A stretch of DNA of 64,000 bases from contig NZ_JAQNDL010000001.1 of assembly GCF_028368995.1 (NCBI RefSeq), forward strand, positions 1,440,001 through 1,504,000. The letters are read 5' to 3'. This document shows positions 51,339-61,105 of this stretch, piece after piece. Below the pieces are notes generated by a model. The model did not search any database and was not told where the DNA came from. It saw only the letters and a list, made by a program, of their open reading frames with translations. A program made the translations under genes and the position numbers. This DNA comes from Nannocystis bainbridge. GTDB lineage: Bacteria > Myxococcota_A > Polyangia > Nannocystales > Nannocystaceae. The stretch's first letter is position 1. Each line of letters opens with the position of its first letter.

Positions 51339-52022
51339 ATCTATCTCGTGAGCGCGGCCCTGCTCGGCGGCGGCGGCCTCTTGCTGTGGCTCGTGCTCGC
51401 CGACCGGCCCGCGCCGTCGGCAGCTTCTGCGACCGCTCCTGGCACCGCCGTAAACGTCGACGGCCGCCCGCTCGGGGTCGCCGGTGCCGACTACGACCCC
51501 GCCAGCCCGCGCGTCGAAGGCGACCCCGCCGAGCCGCGCCGCGCCGACCCCGACGGCGTCGCCCGCGAGCGCGACACCGTCGCCCAGCGGCCCGCTGCCC
51601 CGCCTGCGCCCGAGCAGCCGCCCGGGCCGCCGGTCGTCGGCAGCCCCGGCCTCAACGCCGCCAGCGAGGCCAGCGAGGCCGTGCGCCCGCAGGTCCTCGC
51701 CGCCGTCAGCGCCGAGCTCGCCAGCCGCCGCGCCGCCCTGCGCCAGGCCTGCTGGCCGCCGGGCTCCGACTTCAGCGCCACCTTCACCGTCGAGGCCAGC
51801 TACGCCAGCGACGGCGCGCTGCTGACTCTCGGCGTGTCCGACGTGCCCGGCATGCCCGGCGTCGGCGCCTGTCTCACGGGCCAGATCGCCCAGAAGCCGC
51901 CGACCCTCGCCGCGCCGCCCGGCGCCGACGTGACCGTGGCCGTGCCCGTCGAGTTCGCCGGGACCGAGAAGCCGCCGACCCCGGCCCCACGCGGCCTCGA
52001 CGACACCGGCCCCTCGCGCTGA
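51324..52022 (+). CDS. Single-TM protein with AgmX/PglI-C-like domain (paralog of the upstream gene)
   Basis: N-terminal TM, Pro-rich linker, LRQACW...YASDG...GACL...VPVEF. Confidence 0.68.
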   Translation: MASRGIYLVSAALLGGGGLLLWLVLADRPAPSAASATAPGTAVNVDGRPLGVAGADYDPASPRVEGDPAEPRRADPDGVARERDTVAQRPAAPPAPEQPPGPPVVGSPGLNAASEASEAVRPQVLAAVSAELASRRAALRQACWPPGSDFSATFTVEASYASDGALLTLGVSDVPGMPGVGACLTGQIAQKPPTLAAPPGADVTVAVPVEFAGTEKPPTPAPRGLDDTGPSR

Positions 52023-52069
52023 GCGCCCGCGGACGCGAAGGCCGTCGATTCGCGGCAGGACGCGAGCAG

Positions 52070-52465
52070 CGTCGGCCGCGACTCGCGGGGTCATGATTCG
52101 CGGCTGCACCGGCTATGACTCGAAGCGACGATTCGCTGCAGCTTCGGCCGCGACCCCGGAGCCCCGATTCGCTGCAGCTTCGGCCGCGACCCCGGTGCTC
52201 TGTTTAGCAGCCGCATCGGCTGCGACTCGAGGGCCATGATTCCCAACAGCGCTTGCCGCGTCCCGGTGCTTTGATTCGCAGCAGCGTCAGCTGCGACTCG
52301 AGGGCCATGATTCGCTGCGGCGCTGGCCGCGACCCCGGTGCTCTGTTTAGCAGCCGCGTCGGCTGCGACTTGAAGGCTATAGTTCGCAGCACCGACGGCC
52401 GCGACGCCGGTGCCCCGATTCGCGGCAACGCCGGCCGCGACGCCGGTGCCTGATTCGCCGCCGCA
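52070..52465. repeat. Tandem 35-36-bp minisatellite, ~11 degenerate units
   Basis: GATTCGC/GTTTAGC anchors at 52095, 52130, 52166, 52202, 52238, 52273, 52309, 52345, 52381, 52417, 52452; consensus approx. GATTCGCTGCAGCTTCGGCCGCGACCCCGGTGCCCC. Confidence 0.88.
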
Positions 52466-52627
52466 CTCTCGTGCACGAGGCGACGCCCCGCGCCGCGCTG
52501 CCGCGCCCCTGTCGCCGCGATGCGACACCTAACATCGATTCATAACTGCGTTCGGGGGTTCTCCACCTCGAGCGACCTCGACCTTGGAAGCTTGCCCGAT
52601 TGGCCCTTGCACCCGACGATGGTGCCC

Positions 52628-53755
52628 ATGCAGAACGACCCCGGGTATCTCCAGCGCGCGCGGCGGATCGTCGACGACATCATCGTCCCGCACGCCTGCG
52701 ACGTCGATCGCGGCGTGTATCCGCGGACCGCCCTGCGCGGCCTCGGCGACGCCGGCTTGCTCGGGCTCCTCGGCGCCGAGGACGTGGGCGGCGCTGGCCT
52801 CGACCTGCGCGCCGCGGCCCGCGTCGTCGAGCTCGTCGGCGGCGCCTGCGGCTCGACCGGCATGGTCCTCTGCATGCATTACTGCGGCGCCGCCGTGATC
52901 GAGCGCCACGGCCCGCGCGCGGTTCGCCAGGCGATCGCCGCGGGCCGGCACATCACCACCCTCGCCTTCTCCGAGGCCGGCTCGCGCAGCCACTTCTGGG
53001 CCCCGGTCGGCACCGCCCGCGCCGTCGCCGGCGGCCAGATCCGCCTCGACGCCGAGAAGAGCTGGTCGACCTCCGCCGGCGAGGCCGACAGCTACGTGTG
53101 GTCGAGCCAGCCGGTCACCGCCCAGGAGCTCAGCACCTTGTGGCTCGTCCCCGCCGCCAGCCCGGGTCTCACCATTCCGCGCCCGTTCGACGGCCTCGGC
53201 CTGCGCGGCAACTCCTCTGCCCCGATCCGCGCCGACGACGTCCGCCTCGACCCCGCCGCCATGCTCGGCCTCGACGGCGGCGGCCTCGACATCATGATGA
53301 CGATCGTCCTGCCGCACTTTCAGGTGCTGTCGGCCGCCTGCTACATCGGCATCGTCGACGCCGCCGTGGCCGGCGCGGTCGCCCACGCCAGCCGGGCCCG
53401 CTTCTCGCACACCGACCAGACCCTGGCCGACCTGCCGACCATCCGCGCCTTCGTGGCCCGCTGCGTCCTCAAGCGCGACATGGCCCGCGCCCTGCTGGCC
53501 GACACCCTCGCCGCCCTCGAGGACGGCCGCCCCGACGCTCAGCTCCGCGTGCTCGAGGTCAAGGCCGCCGCCGCCGAGGTCGCCACCGAGGTCACCGAGC
53601 TCGCCATGCGGATCTGCGGCGGCGCGGCCTATCGCAAGGACGTCGGCGTGGAGCGCCAATTCCGCGACGCCCACGCGGCGACGGTGATGTCGCCGACGAC
53701 GGACCTGCTCTACGAGTTCATCGGCAAGCACGCGTGCGGCCTGCCGATGCTGTGA
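52628..53755 (+). CDS. Acyl-CoA dehydrogenase family protein
   Basis: GSTGMVLCMH, TLAFSEAGS, KSWST, GLGLRGNSS, ICGGAAY, ERQFRDA. Confidence 0.93.
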   Translation: MQNDPGYLQRARRIVDDIIVPHACDVDRGVYPRTALRGLGDAGLLGLLGAEDVGGAGLDLRAAARVVELVGGACGSTGMVLCMHYCGAAVIERHGPRAVRQAIAAGRHITTLAFSEAGSRSHFWAPVGTARAVAGGQIRLDAEKSWSTSAGEADSYVWSSQPVTAQELSTLWLVPAASPGLTIPRPFDGLGLRGNSSAPIRADDVRLDPAAMLGLDGGGLDIMMTIVLPHFQVLSAACYIGIVDAAVAGAVAHASRARFSHTDQTLADLPTIRAFVARCVLKRDMARALLADTLAALEDGRPDAQLRVLEVKAAAAEVATEVTELAMRICGGAAYRKDVGVERQFRDAHAATVMSPTTDLLYEFIGKHACGLPML

Positions 53756-53770
53756 AGCGACCCCGCGACG
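53717..53770 (+). repeat. 54-bp direct repeat, copy 1 (3' end of the acyl-CoA dehydrogenase gene)
   Basis: TTCATCGGCAAGCACGCGTGCGGCCTGCCGATGCTGTGAAGCGACCCCGCGACG; 52/54 identical to 57380-57433. Confidence 0.92.
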
Positions 53771-53799
53771 TGCACCCCATTCCCGGCTTCCTGGGTTCC

Positions 53800-54290
53800 C
53801 TGTGCACCAAGACGGCGTTCCGAGCGGGGAAGCGATTCCCCCATCTGCCCCGATCTAACCCGCGTTCCGTCAGGCAACAGAGGCCGATCGAGGCAACAGC
53901 CATTGCGCGGGTCGATGCCTGCCACGTCGTCGTAGACGTGGTCGCGCTCGCGCCGGGGAGCCGGGCCGCGAGGGTCTCGCGGATGTACTCGCTGATCGCG
54001 GCCTCGTACTCCTGACCGAGCGCGTGCAGCCCTATCGACTTGTCGTCGTCGGGTAGGTGCCGCGCCCGCTGGCCGGCCTAGATTGGGTGATCGAGTCCCC
54101 ACCGGGGATCCACGCCGCGCCGGGCTGTCCCTGAGGGCGCTCATGAATGGGCTTAGGGCGGTGTCGCATCCATGGACGTGGCCGTGTCCGCAACGTCGGC
54201 GACAACGCCGAACCATCGAGATCGACGAGCAATTGGGCGGCTTCGTCGCCTCGCGCGAGCCTCTGCCACGAATACGAATACGTCGAACAC
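53800..54290 (-). pseudogene. Possible degraded gene remnant
   Basis: Protein-like pieces in alternating frames (GVVADVADTA; DDDKSIGLHALGQEYEAAISEYIRETLAARL; DHVYDDVAGIDP) interrupted by stops; family not recognised. Confidence 0.25.
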
Positions 54291-54379
54291 TGCACGACTG
54301 TTCCCCTCTCGCGCGTGCGCGCATTGGGGAGATAAAGTGTCCCGCGCGCGTTCGATCGCGCCGGATTTCGGGGGAATGC

Positions 54380-57337
54380 ATGATCGTGCGACGCAGGACG
54401 CGAATCGTCGTGGGGGCGGCGCTCGCCGCCGTGACAGCGTGGTTGCTGTGGTCGCGGCCGACGAAGGAGCCTTATCGCGACCGGGCGGCGGCGGGAGCCG
54501 TCCCTGAACCGCGCGTGGTGCTCTCCGCGGATCCTGAGGATACGGGCGACCCGCGGCGGATCGGGTTCGCCACGATCTCCGGGAAGGTCACCGATCCGGA
54601 CGGGCGGGCGATCGCGGGCGCGCAGGTCTGCGCGTTCACCAGCTCGCGCCGGCTCGACGTGGCCGCGTTGCGGCAGCCGACATGCGTGGAGACGGGGCGC
54701 GACGGCGGTTACGTGCTCGCGGGGCTGTGGGCGGTCCGCCACCGCGTCAGCGCGAGCGCGCCGGGCCACATCCCGGCTTTTTACGTGCAGGGTGAGGGGG
54801 CGGCGCGGCGCGATACGATCGACCTGCGCCCGGCCGTCGACGTGCGCGGCATCGACATCGTGCTGCCGGGCGGCGGGGTCGAGATCCGCGGCACGATCAA
54901 GGACCTCAGCGGCGGCGCGATCGAGGGCGCGCTCGTGACGTCCGGTGGGGGTATCGAGGGGACCGGCGTCGCGGCGACGACGTCGGGGCCGGAGGGCGAA
55001 TTCTCGCTGTGGGTGCCGCCGGGTCGACCCAGGGTGCGGGCGACGGCCGAGGGTTACGCCGATGGGCAGGACTACGGGGTCGCGCCCGGGCACACCTTCG
55101 AGGTGTTCTTGACGCCGGAGGCTGTGCTGGTCGGCAAGGTCGTGCGCGCGGGCGACGGTTCGCCGATCGAGGGGGCGGAGGTGACGGCGGAGCGCGGCGA
55201 CGCGTTCGCCGAAGGCGGACGGGCGCGCACCGACGCGGGCGGCAATTTCCGGATCGATCGCCTGGCGGCGGGGGCGTACAAGCCGAAGGCGACGACCGAC
55301 GACGTGTACGGGGTGGCGACGGAGCAGGTCGTGCTCGGGCTCGGCGAGACGTCAGCGCCGATCGTGATTCGGGCGCACCCGGCGTTTTACGTCGAGGGAC
55401 GGGTGTTCGTGGCCGGCGGGACGTCGTGCAATAAGGGATCGGTGAGGCTGCGCGATCCGGCCCAGGGCCGCGAGCACTGGGTGGAGATCGAGGCCGACGG
55501 GGTGGCGCACGCTGACGGGCTCTTGCCGGGGACCTACGAGGTGACTGTCGACTGCCGCGGCTTCGTGTCGGCGGAGCGGTACGAGCCGGTGGTTGTCGCC
55601 GACGCGAACGCGACCGGGCTGCGCTGGGAAGTGACGCGCGGCCAGGCGATCCGCGGCGTCATCGTCACGGCGAAGGGCGAGCCGATGCAGGGCCTCCGGC
55701 TATCGGCACACTCGAAACAAGACCCCGCGCAGCCGCGGGCGCGGACGATTCGCGCGCGAGACAGCCAGTCGGACGCACAGGGGCGCTTCGAGCTCCCGGG
55801 GCTGCTGCCCGGGACTTATCAGGTCTACGCGTCTGCGATAAACCAGAAGCGGGTGACGCCGGACAAGCCGACCGAGGTAACGGTGCCCGAAGGACAGGAC
55901 GTGGAGGGCGTGCGGCTGGTGGCGCCGACGTCCGGCGAGGTCCGCGGCGAGGTCCGCGACGCGCATGGGAAGGGGCTTGCGCGCGTGGGGGTGCAGTTTC
56001 TCGGAGCGCGACCCGGCCCGCAGGTGACCACGGCCGACGACGGCACCTTCGTCGTCCGCGAGATCGCGCCGGGCGAGTACCGGGTCCTCGCTGCCAAGGA
56101 CGATGTGTTGCGGGCACCGGGCGCCGGTCCGGACGACGCGCAGGGGGTGAAGCTCGAGGTCCGCCCCGGGGCGGTGGAGACGGTCAAGCTGGTCGTCGAG
56201 GCAGGTTCGGAGACGATCGTCGGGACGGTCCGCGGCGAGCACGGCGAGGTCGTGCCCGACGCATTCGTCGAGGCGATCCGCGAGTCGGAGGAATGGGGCG
56301 CCGCGGGGCGAGGGGCCGGGCTGCTGACGGGGCGATTCGACCGCGACTCCGAACGGCCGCGCCTGACCGACGGCGACGGCCGGTTTTCGCTCGATGGGCT
56401 GTTCCCGGGCAAGTACACCGTGCGCGCATACCGGCGCGGCGGCGGCGAGGCGATCGCCGAGCAGGTCGCGCCCGGCAGCGAGGTCGTGCTGACGATCGCC
56501 GAGACGGGGCGGCTCGGCGGCACGGTGGCGCTGCCCGGCGGCAGGGCGCCGCAGGAGTTCACTGTCAAGGTGGAGGACATCAGGACCGGGTTCCGCCGGA
56601 TGGACTCGTTCTTCCGCACCGACGGGGCGTGGAGCTTCGCGGAGCTGCCGCCCGGGACCTACCGGGTGCAGGTGTCGGCGTCCGAGGGGACGCGGACGAT
56701 GGATATGTCCCTCGGGCCAGGCGAGGAGAACACCGGGATCCGCGTCGAGCTCGCGGCGAAGGTGACGGTGCGTGGCACGGTAGTCGACCTCGAGGGCAGG
56801 CCGGTGCCGGGTGTCGCCGTGCAGATCCTCGAGAGCACCATCGTCCGCTTCGGCGGAGAACCCGGCGACAAGAAGCACGTCAGCGACGCGGCGGGGCGGT
56901 TCGAGGTCGCGCGGGCGCCGACGGGCCTGGTGATGGTGCAGGCCTCCCCGGAGGAGGCGGAGACGTACGCGTCGGCCTCGATCAACACGCGGCTCGAGGG
57001 CGGGCCGGTGATCGAGCTGCCGCCGATCCGGCTGGTGAAGAAGGCCGTCCGCAGCGGTGAGTCGGGGGGCGACCTCGGGATCGGACTCAAGCAGGCCGAA
57101 CCGGGGGCGGACCCGCTGCAGCGGCGGTTGACCGTCGCGGTGGTGCGCCCGGGCAGCCCGGCGGCCGCGGCCGCGCTGCAGGTCGGCGACGAGATCGTCG
57201 CGGTCGGCGGGCAGGACGTCACCGGCGCGAACTACTACCTGTACTGGCCGCTGACGCTGGTGTCGCCGGGTACGACGGTGCGGCTGGGCCTCGCCCGCGG
57301 GGTGACGGTCGAGCTCGTCGCCGACGCGCCACTCTGA
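54380..57337 (+). CDS. Carboxypeptidase-regulatory-like (prealbumin-fold) repeat protein with C-terminal PDZ domain
   Basis: N-terminal TM; repeated GxVxD..G.PI.GA.V...TD..G.F....L..G.Y; PDZ GDLGI...VRPGSPAAAAALQVGDEIVAVGG. Confidence 0.88.
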   Translation: MIVRRRTRIVVGAALAAVTAWLLWSRPTKEPYRDRAAAGAVPEPRVVLSADPEDTGDPRRIGFATISGKVTDPDGRAIAGAQVCAFTSSRRLDVAALRQPTCVETGRDGGYVLAGLWAVRHRVSASAPGHIPAFYVQGEGAARRDTIDLRPAVDVRGIDIVLPGGGVEIRGTIKDLSGGAIEGALVTSGGGIEGTGVAATTSGPEGEFSLWVPPGRPRVRATAEGYADGQDYGVAPGHTFEVFLTPEAVLVGKVVRAGDGSPIEGAEVTAERGDAFAEGGRARTDAGGNFRIDRLAAGAYKPKATTDDVYGVATEQVVLGLGETSAPIVIRAHPAFYVEGRVFVAGGTSCNKGSVRLRDPAQGREHWVEIEADGVAHADGLLPGTYEVTVDCRGFVSAERYEPVVVADANATGLRWEVTRGQAIRGVIVTAKGEPMQGLRLSAHSKQDPAQPRARTIRARDSQSDAQGRFELPGLLPGTYQVYASAINQKRVTPDKPTEVTVPEGQDVEGVRLVAPTSGEVRGEVRDAHGKGLARVGVQFLGARPGPQVTTADDGTFVVREIAPGEYRVLAAKDDVLRAPGAGPDDAQGVKLEVRPGAVETVKLVVEAGSETIVGTVRGEHGEVVPDAFVEAIRESEEWGAAGRGAGLLTGRFDRDSERPRLTDGDGRFSLDGLFPGKYTVRAYRRGGGEAIAEQVAPGSEVVLTIAETGRLGGTVALPGGRAPQEFTVKVEDIRTGFRRMDSFFRTDGAWSFAELPPGTYRVQVSASEGTRTMDMSLGPGEENTGIRVELAAKVTVRGTVVDLEGRPVPGVAVQILESTIVRFGGEPGDKKHVSDAAGRFEVARAPTGLVMVQASPEEAETYASASINTRLEGGPVIELPPIRLVKKAVRSGESGGDLGIGLKQAEPGADPLQRRLTVAVVRPGSPAAAAALQVGDEIVAVGGQDVTGANYYLYWPLTLVSPGTTVRLGLARGVTVELVADAPL

Positions 57338-57379
57338 TCGCGCCGCATGAAGCGGGGTCGAACGCGCCACGAGATGTCC

Positions 57380-57433
57380 TTCATCGGCAAGCACGTGTGC
57401 GGCCTGCCGATGCTGTGACGCGACCCCGCGACG
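57380..57433 (+). repeat. 54-bp direct repeat, copy 2
   Basis: TTCATCGGCAAGCACGTGTGCGGCCTGCCGATGCTGTGACGCGACCCCGCGACG. Confidence 0.92.
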
Positions 57434-57551
57434 AACGCCCGTCGAGGTCGTCACGCGGCTCCCTGTCCGCCCGGATGCTCACGTCACCTGGACCGCGACG
57501 ACGCGCCGTCCCTGCGCGCCGCCCTGTCGCGCGGGTGTCGCCCGCATCGTG

Positions 57552-57607
57552 AGGCCGCGAGGACATGTCGTCATGAACATGCCTTTTTAGACATGTCCAA
57601 GGAGACA
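57552..57607. repeat. Array of four phased 14-bp palindrome-like units
   Basis: aggccgcgaggaca|tgtcgtcatgaaca|tgcctttttagaca|tgtccaaggagaca. Confidence 0.8.
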
Positions 57608-57760
57608 TCCCATCATCGGCGGCCGGATCGGGCCCGACGCTACGGGAACGATCCGCGGGGGACGAATCAGCAGGCCGCGGCTGCCTCGGCATTCGCCGAG
57701 TAGCAATGCTCTGATCCGAGCCCGACACAAGCGTGCCCATGGAGGCGCTCGATCCGCCGA

Positions 57761-57952
57761 TCATCGTCGAAGAAGCTCTGGGCTGCCGAGATCGCGGAGG
57801 ATCCAGCCAGCGTCCCAGAACAGCACGGCGTGCTCGGACGACGCGGTGCGGCCCTTCAGGGGCAATCGTGCTCGATGCGAGCGGCCGATCACGGTGCGAC
57901 CGGTCAGCGTGACGCGGTGGTCGCTCGCAATTTCGCGCAAGGAGCCCACCAC
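57761..57952 (-). pseudogene. Truncated FHA-domain gene
   Basis: RTVIGRS...ASSEHAVLFWDAGWILRDLGS matches the FHA GR/SxxH/DLGS motifs but breaks off just before the conserved NGT. Confidence 0.75.
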
Positions 57953-58083
57953 CGCAGTCTATCACCCCAGCGCGGGCCGTTCCCACTCCTCCACGCCCAT
58001 CTCCGCGACCGGGGCGAGGCCGTTCGGCCGAACGCCCCGGACTCTTCACGATGCGGCAGACCGGACGATTACGGCGCGAAGGT

Positions 58084-59646
58084 TCAGGGCGCGGCCGCCT
58101 CGTCCTCGTCGAAATCGTCGCCCCCCGCGGGGCGGACGACCAGGTGACGGAAGGGCTCGTGGCCCTCCGAGTAGACCTCGACGTGATGGTGCCGGGCCGC
58201 GACCCGGTGCTGCACCTTGCGAAGCGGCGGCGGCTGGGCCCCTAGCGCCACGGTGATGTTCTCGCTCACGGCCCGGTCGATCGCCTGCTCGATCTCGAGG
58301 ATGGCCTCGCGGACGACCTCGTCGTCCATGCCCGGCACCGTCGGGAAGGCGGCCTGCAGCACGCGACGCAGCTCCGAGCCGCTGTTGCGCTTGACCGTGT
58401 GCACCGGCCGACCCGCCTCTGCCAGCCGGCGGATCTTCTGGTCGTCCGCCCGGGCGCGCAGCGCGAAGATGATGTCCGAATGCTCGGGGTTGTTCACGAT
58501 CCGCGCGTCCACCGAGACGTCGCGGAGCGCACGGACCAGGAGGTCGCGGCTGATCGCGTGCAGGTAGATCAGCACCGGGCCCTCCCACGTGGCCGGGTTC
58601 CCCGCCCGGGAGCGCCTGGCGGGGCCGGGGGCCTCGGGCGCGGCCGCGGGGACGTCGGGCGTCGGTGCGCGGCCCGGCTGCCGGCGCTCGCCTCTCACGG
58701 CATCACCGGCGAGCAGCCGGTCGACCGCGGCGCCGGCGTCGTGGTGCACCACGACCTCGTCGCGTCCGACCATCTCGACCACGACATCGAAAGTGGGAGC
58801 CCCCCGGCGCTCGGTGACCGTCTTCGGGGAATGCCGCCGCCGGGCCTCGTCGTCGCCGAGCGTGACGGTGTGCACGCCGCCGACCAGGTCCGAGAGGGTC
58901 GGGTTCAGCACCAGGTTCTCGAGCGTGTTGCCGTGCGCCGTGCCGATCAACTGCACTCCGCGCTCGGCGATGGTGCGCGCGGCCGCGGCCTCGGCCGAGG
59001 TGCCGATCTCGTCGACGACGATCACCTCGGGCATGTGGTTCTCGACCGCTTCGATCATCACGGCGTGCTGGCGGTCGGGCCGCGGCACCTGCATCCGCCG
59101 CGCGGCACCGATGCCGGGGTGCGGCACGTCGCCGTCGCCGCCGATCTCGTTGGAGGTGTCGACCACGACGACGCGCCGCCCCAGGTCGTCGGCCAGCACG
59201 CGCGCGATCTCCCGCAGCTTGGTCGTCTTGCCGACGCCTGGCCGGCCCAGCAGCAGCACGTTCTGCCCGGTCTCGACCAGGTCCCGCAACAGCTCGACCG
59301 CGCCGACCACCGCCCGCCCCACGCGCAGGGTCAGGCCCACGACTTCGCCGCGCCGGTTCCGGATGACCGAGATCCGGTGCAGCGTGCCCTCGATGCCGGT
59401 GCGGTTGTCCTCGCCCACCGGGCTCAACTCGGTGAGCACGGCGTCGATGTCCGCGCGGCCGACGGGCGTGCCGGCCAGGCGTTCGGCGCGGCCCTCGAGC
59501 CGGGCCTCGGGCGTGCGACCGAGGTCCATCACCACCTCGAGCAATTGAGCCGGCGCGAGCGCGCGCACGGCGCTCTGCAGCTCGGCGGGCAGGACCCCGA
59601 TGAGGAGTCCGAGTTCGTGGTCCGATGTGCTCGTCACCGGCGACAC
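58084..59646 (-). CDS. Ycf45/SpoIIIAA-like AAA ATPase with C-terminal R3H domain
   Basis: EVVMDLGR, GIEGTLHRIS, GRPGVGKTT, DTSNEIGGDG, AVENHMPEVIVVDEIG, GTAHG; RKVQH...SEGHEPFR. Confidence 0.92.
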   Translation of the reverse strand: MSPVTSTSDHELGLLIGVLPAELQSAVRALAPAQLLEVVMDLGRTPEARLEGRAERLAGTPVGRADIDAVLTELSPVGEDNRTGIEGTLHRISVIRNRRGEVVGLTLRVGRAVVGAVELLRDLVETGQNVLLLGRPGVGKTTKLREIARVLADDLGRRVVVVDTSNEIGGDGDVPHPGIGAARRMQVPRPDRQHAVMIEAVENHMPEVIVVDEIGTSAEAAAARTIAERGVQLIGTAHGNTLENLVLNPTLSDLVGGVHTVTLGDDEARRRHSPKTVTERRGAPTFDVVVEMVGRDEVVVHHDAGAAVDRLLAGDAVRGERRQPGRAPTPDVPAAAPEAPGPARRSRAGNPATWEGPVLIYLHAISRDLLVRALRDVSVDARIVNNPEHSDIIFALRARADDQKIRRLAEAGRPVHTVKRNSGSELRRVLQAAFPTVPGMDDEVVREAILEIEQAIDRAVSENITVALGAQPPPLRKVQHRVAARHHHVEVYSEGHEPFRHLVVRPAGGDDFDEDEAAAP

Positions 59647-59786
59647 ATAATGCTCCCCGGCGGTTCCGCCATGGATCGGGGCAAGATTGGGCGCGAGCGC
59701 CTACGTGGCAGCGAGCGCGGGACACGCCGCGGCCAGCCGCCCGACCGCCGTGGCACCTGAGACTTCGGCTCGACGCACGGAGGGAG

Positions 59787-60372
59787 TCAGGTCGGCGGCG
59801 TCCACACGGCGCCGGTCTCACAGTCGACGTGCCGCAGGCCGACGCGCTCCGGCGTGATGTCGAGGACGCCGAACACGATGGGCAGTTGAAACCGACGCGG
59901 GCCGATCGACCCGGGGTTGAACACCGCGATGCCGCGGTCGCGGCCGATGAAGGGCACGTGCGAATGCCCGCAGACGACCAGCGAGGCATCCTCGGCCCGG
60001 GCGAACCGGGCAGCGTCGGCCCGCAGCCGCGGACCGGCCACGGCGATGTGCAGCATGGCGATCGTGAGCCGCACGGCGTCGCCGTCGCGGACCTCGAGGG
60101 TGCGCAGGTCCGGCAGCGTCGCCGCCTTCGCGTCGATGTTGCCGCGTACGGCGAACACCGGGGCGATCCGCTCGAGCTCGGTCAGCACCGCGAGCTCGCC
60201 GACGTCGCCGGCATGCAAGATGTACTGCGGCTCGAGCGCGGCGATGTGAGCCATGGCCCCGGGGTGCGGTCGACTGTGCGTGTCCGCGACCGCGACGATG
60301 CGCAGCGCCCCGTCGCGCAGGTGCAGCGCCTCGCGGCGGACGCTTTGAGGTTCGGCGCGGGCGTAGGCCACG
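59787..60372 (-). CDS. Metallophosphoesterase (YfcE/MJ0936 family)
   Basis: ADTH, HAGD, VRGNID, GHSHVP, FNPGS; start approximate. Confidence 0.9.
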
Positions 60373-60414
60373 GTGCCGGGAGGAATACACCGTCCGCGGC
60401 CCGCAGCCCACGGG

Positions 60415-60888
60415 TCACCGCCGAAACCCCAGCGTGGGCCCCGGGTCGCGCCGTGGCGGATCGGCGGCGAACCACGCGCGCGTCGCCTCCCGGAAATCGG
60501 CGAGCGCGAGCCCCCCGGCGTCCGGCGCGCACGCGTCGAGCTTGGCCATCCCGCGCGCGAGCAGCCGCGCAGCGCTCTCGGGTTTGCCTTGCACATGCAG
60601 CTTGTGGTGAGCCGCGGCGACCTGGATGAGGCCCTGCAGCAGGCGGCGTTCGTCGGGGTCGGTGGCCACGCGCCAGCGGTCCTCCCAGGCCTCGTGGGCC
60701 GCGAAGTGATCGCCGGCGTTGAACAGCGCGAGGCCGCGGGCGAGGGCCGCATCGGTGCCAAGGCTCGGCTCGCCCCGCGAGTCACCCTCGGATCTCAGCC
60801 GCTCGGCGGAGGCGTCCCCTGCTCGGCGGTCGTCGGGGCGGTCGATGATGTCTTGCTCGAGTTTCGCCTTCTCGGGATCGGCTCGCAC
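60415..60888 (-). CDS. DUF309 domain protein
   Basis: GLALFNAGDHFAAHEAWEDRW...LQGLIQVAAAHH; start uncertain. Confidence 0.85.
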   Translation of the reverse strand: MRADPEKAKLEQDIIDRPDDRRAGDASAERLRSEGDSRGEPSLGTDAALARGLALFNAGDHFAAHEAWEDRWRVATDPDERRLLQGLIQVAAAHHKLHVQGKPESAARLLARGMAKLDACAPDAGGLALADFREATRAWFAADPPRRDPGPTLGFRR

Positions 60889-61105
60889 CGCGCCATCGTA
60901 TCCTCGGCAGACCACTCGCCACCTGAAAAGGTGGATTCGCCGGACCGCGGCGAGCTTCGCGGGGCCGGCTGAGTTTTCCGCGCCCCGAGCGCGCAAGCGG
61001 CGATGAACATGGTGAGGTGATGGGTATTGCCGCACGGGTCATTGAGCTCGAGCGGGCCGATGACCCGCTCGCGCGGCTGAGCGGGGCCCGGTAGAGCGAT
61101 TGCCG

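Noticed and set aside
52070-52465. Possible CRISPR array (36-bp period)
   Set aside because: No repeat-spacer alternation; the whole 36-bp unit repeats with degeneracy.
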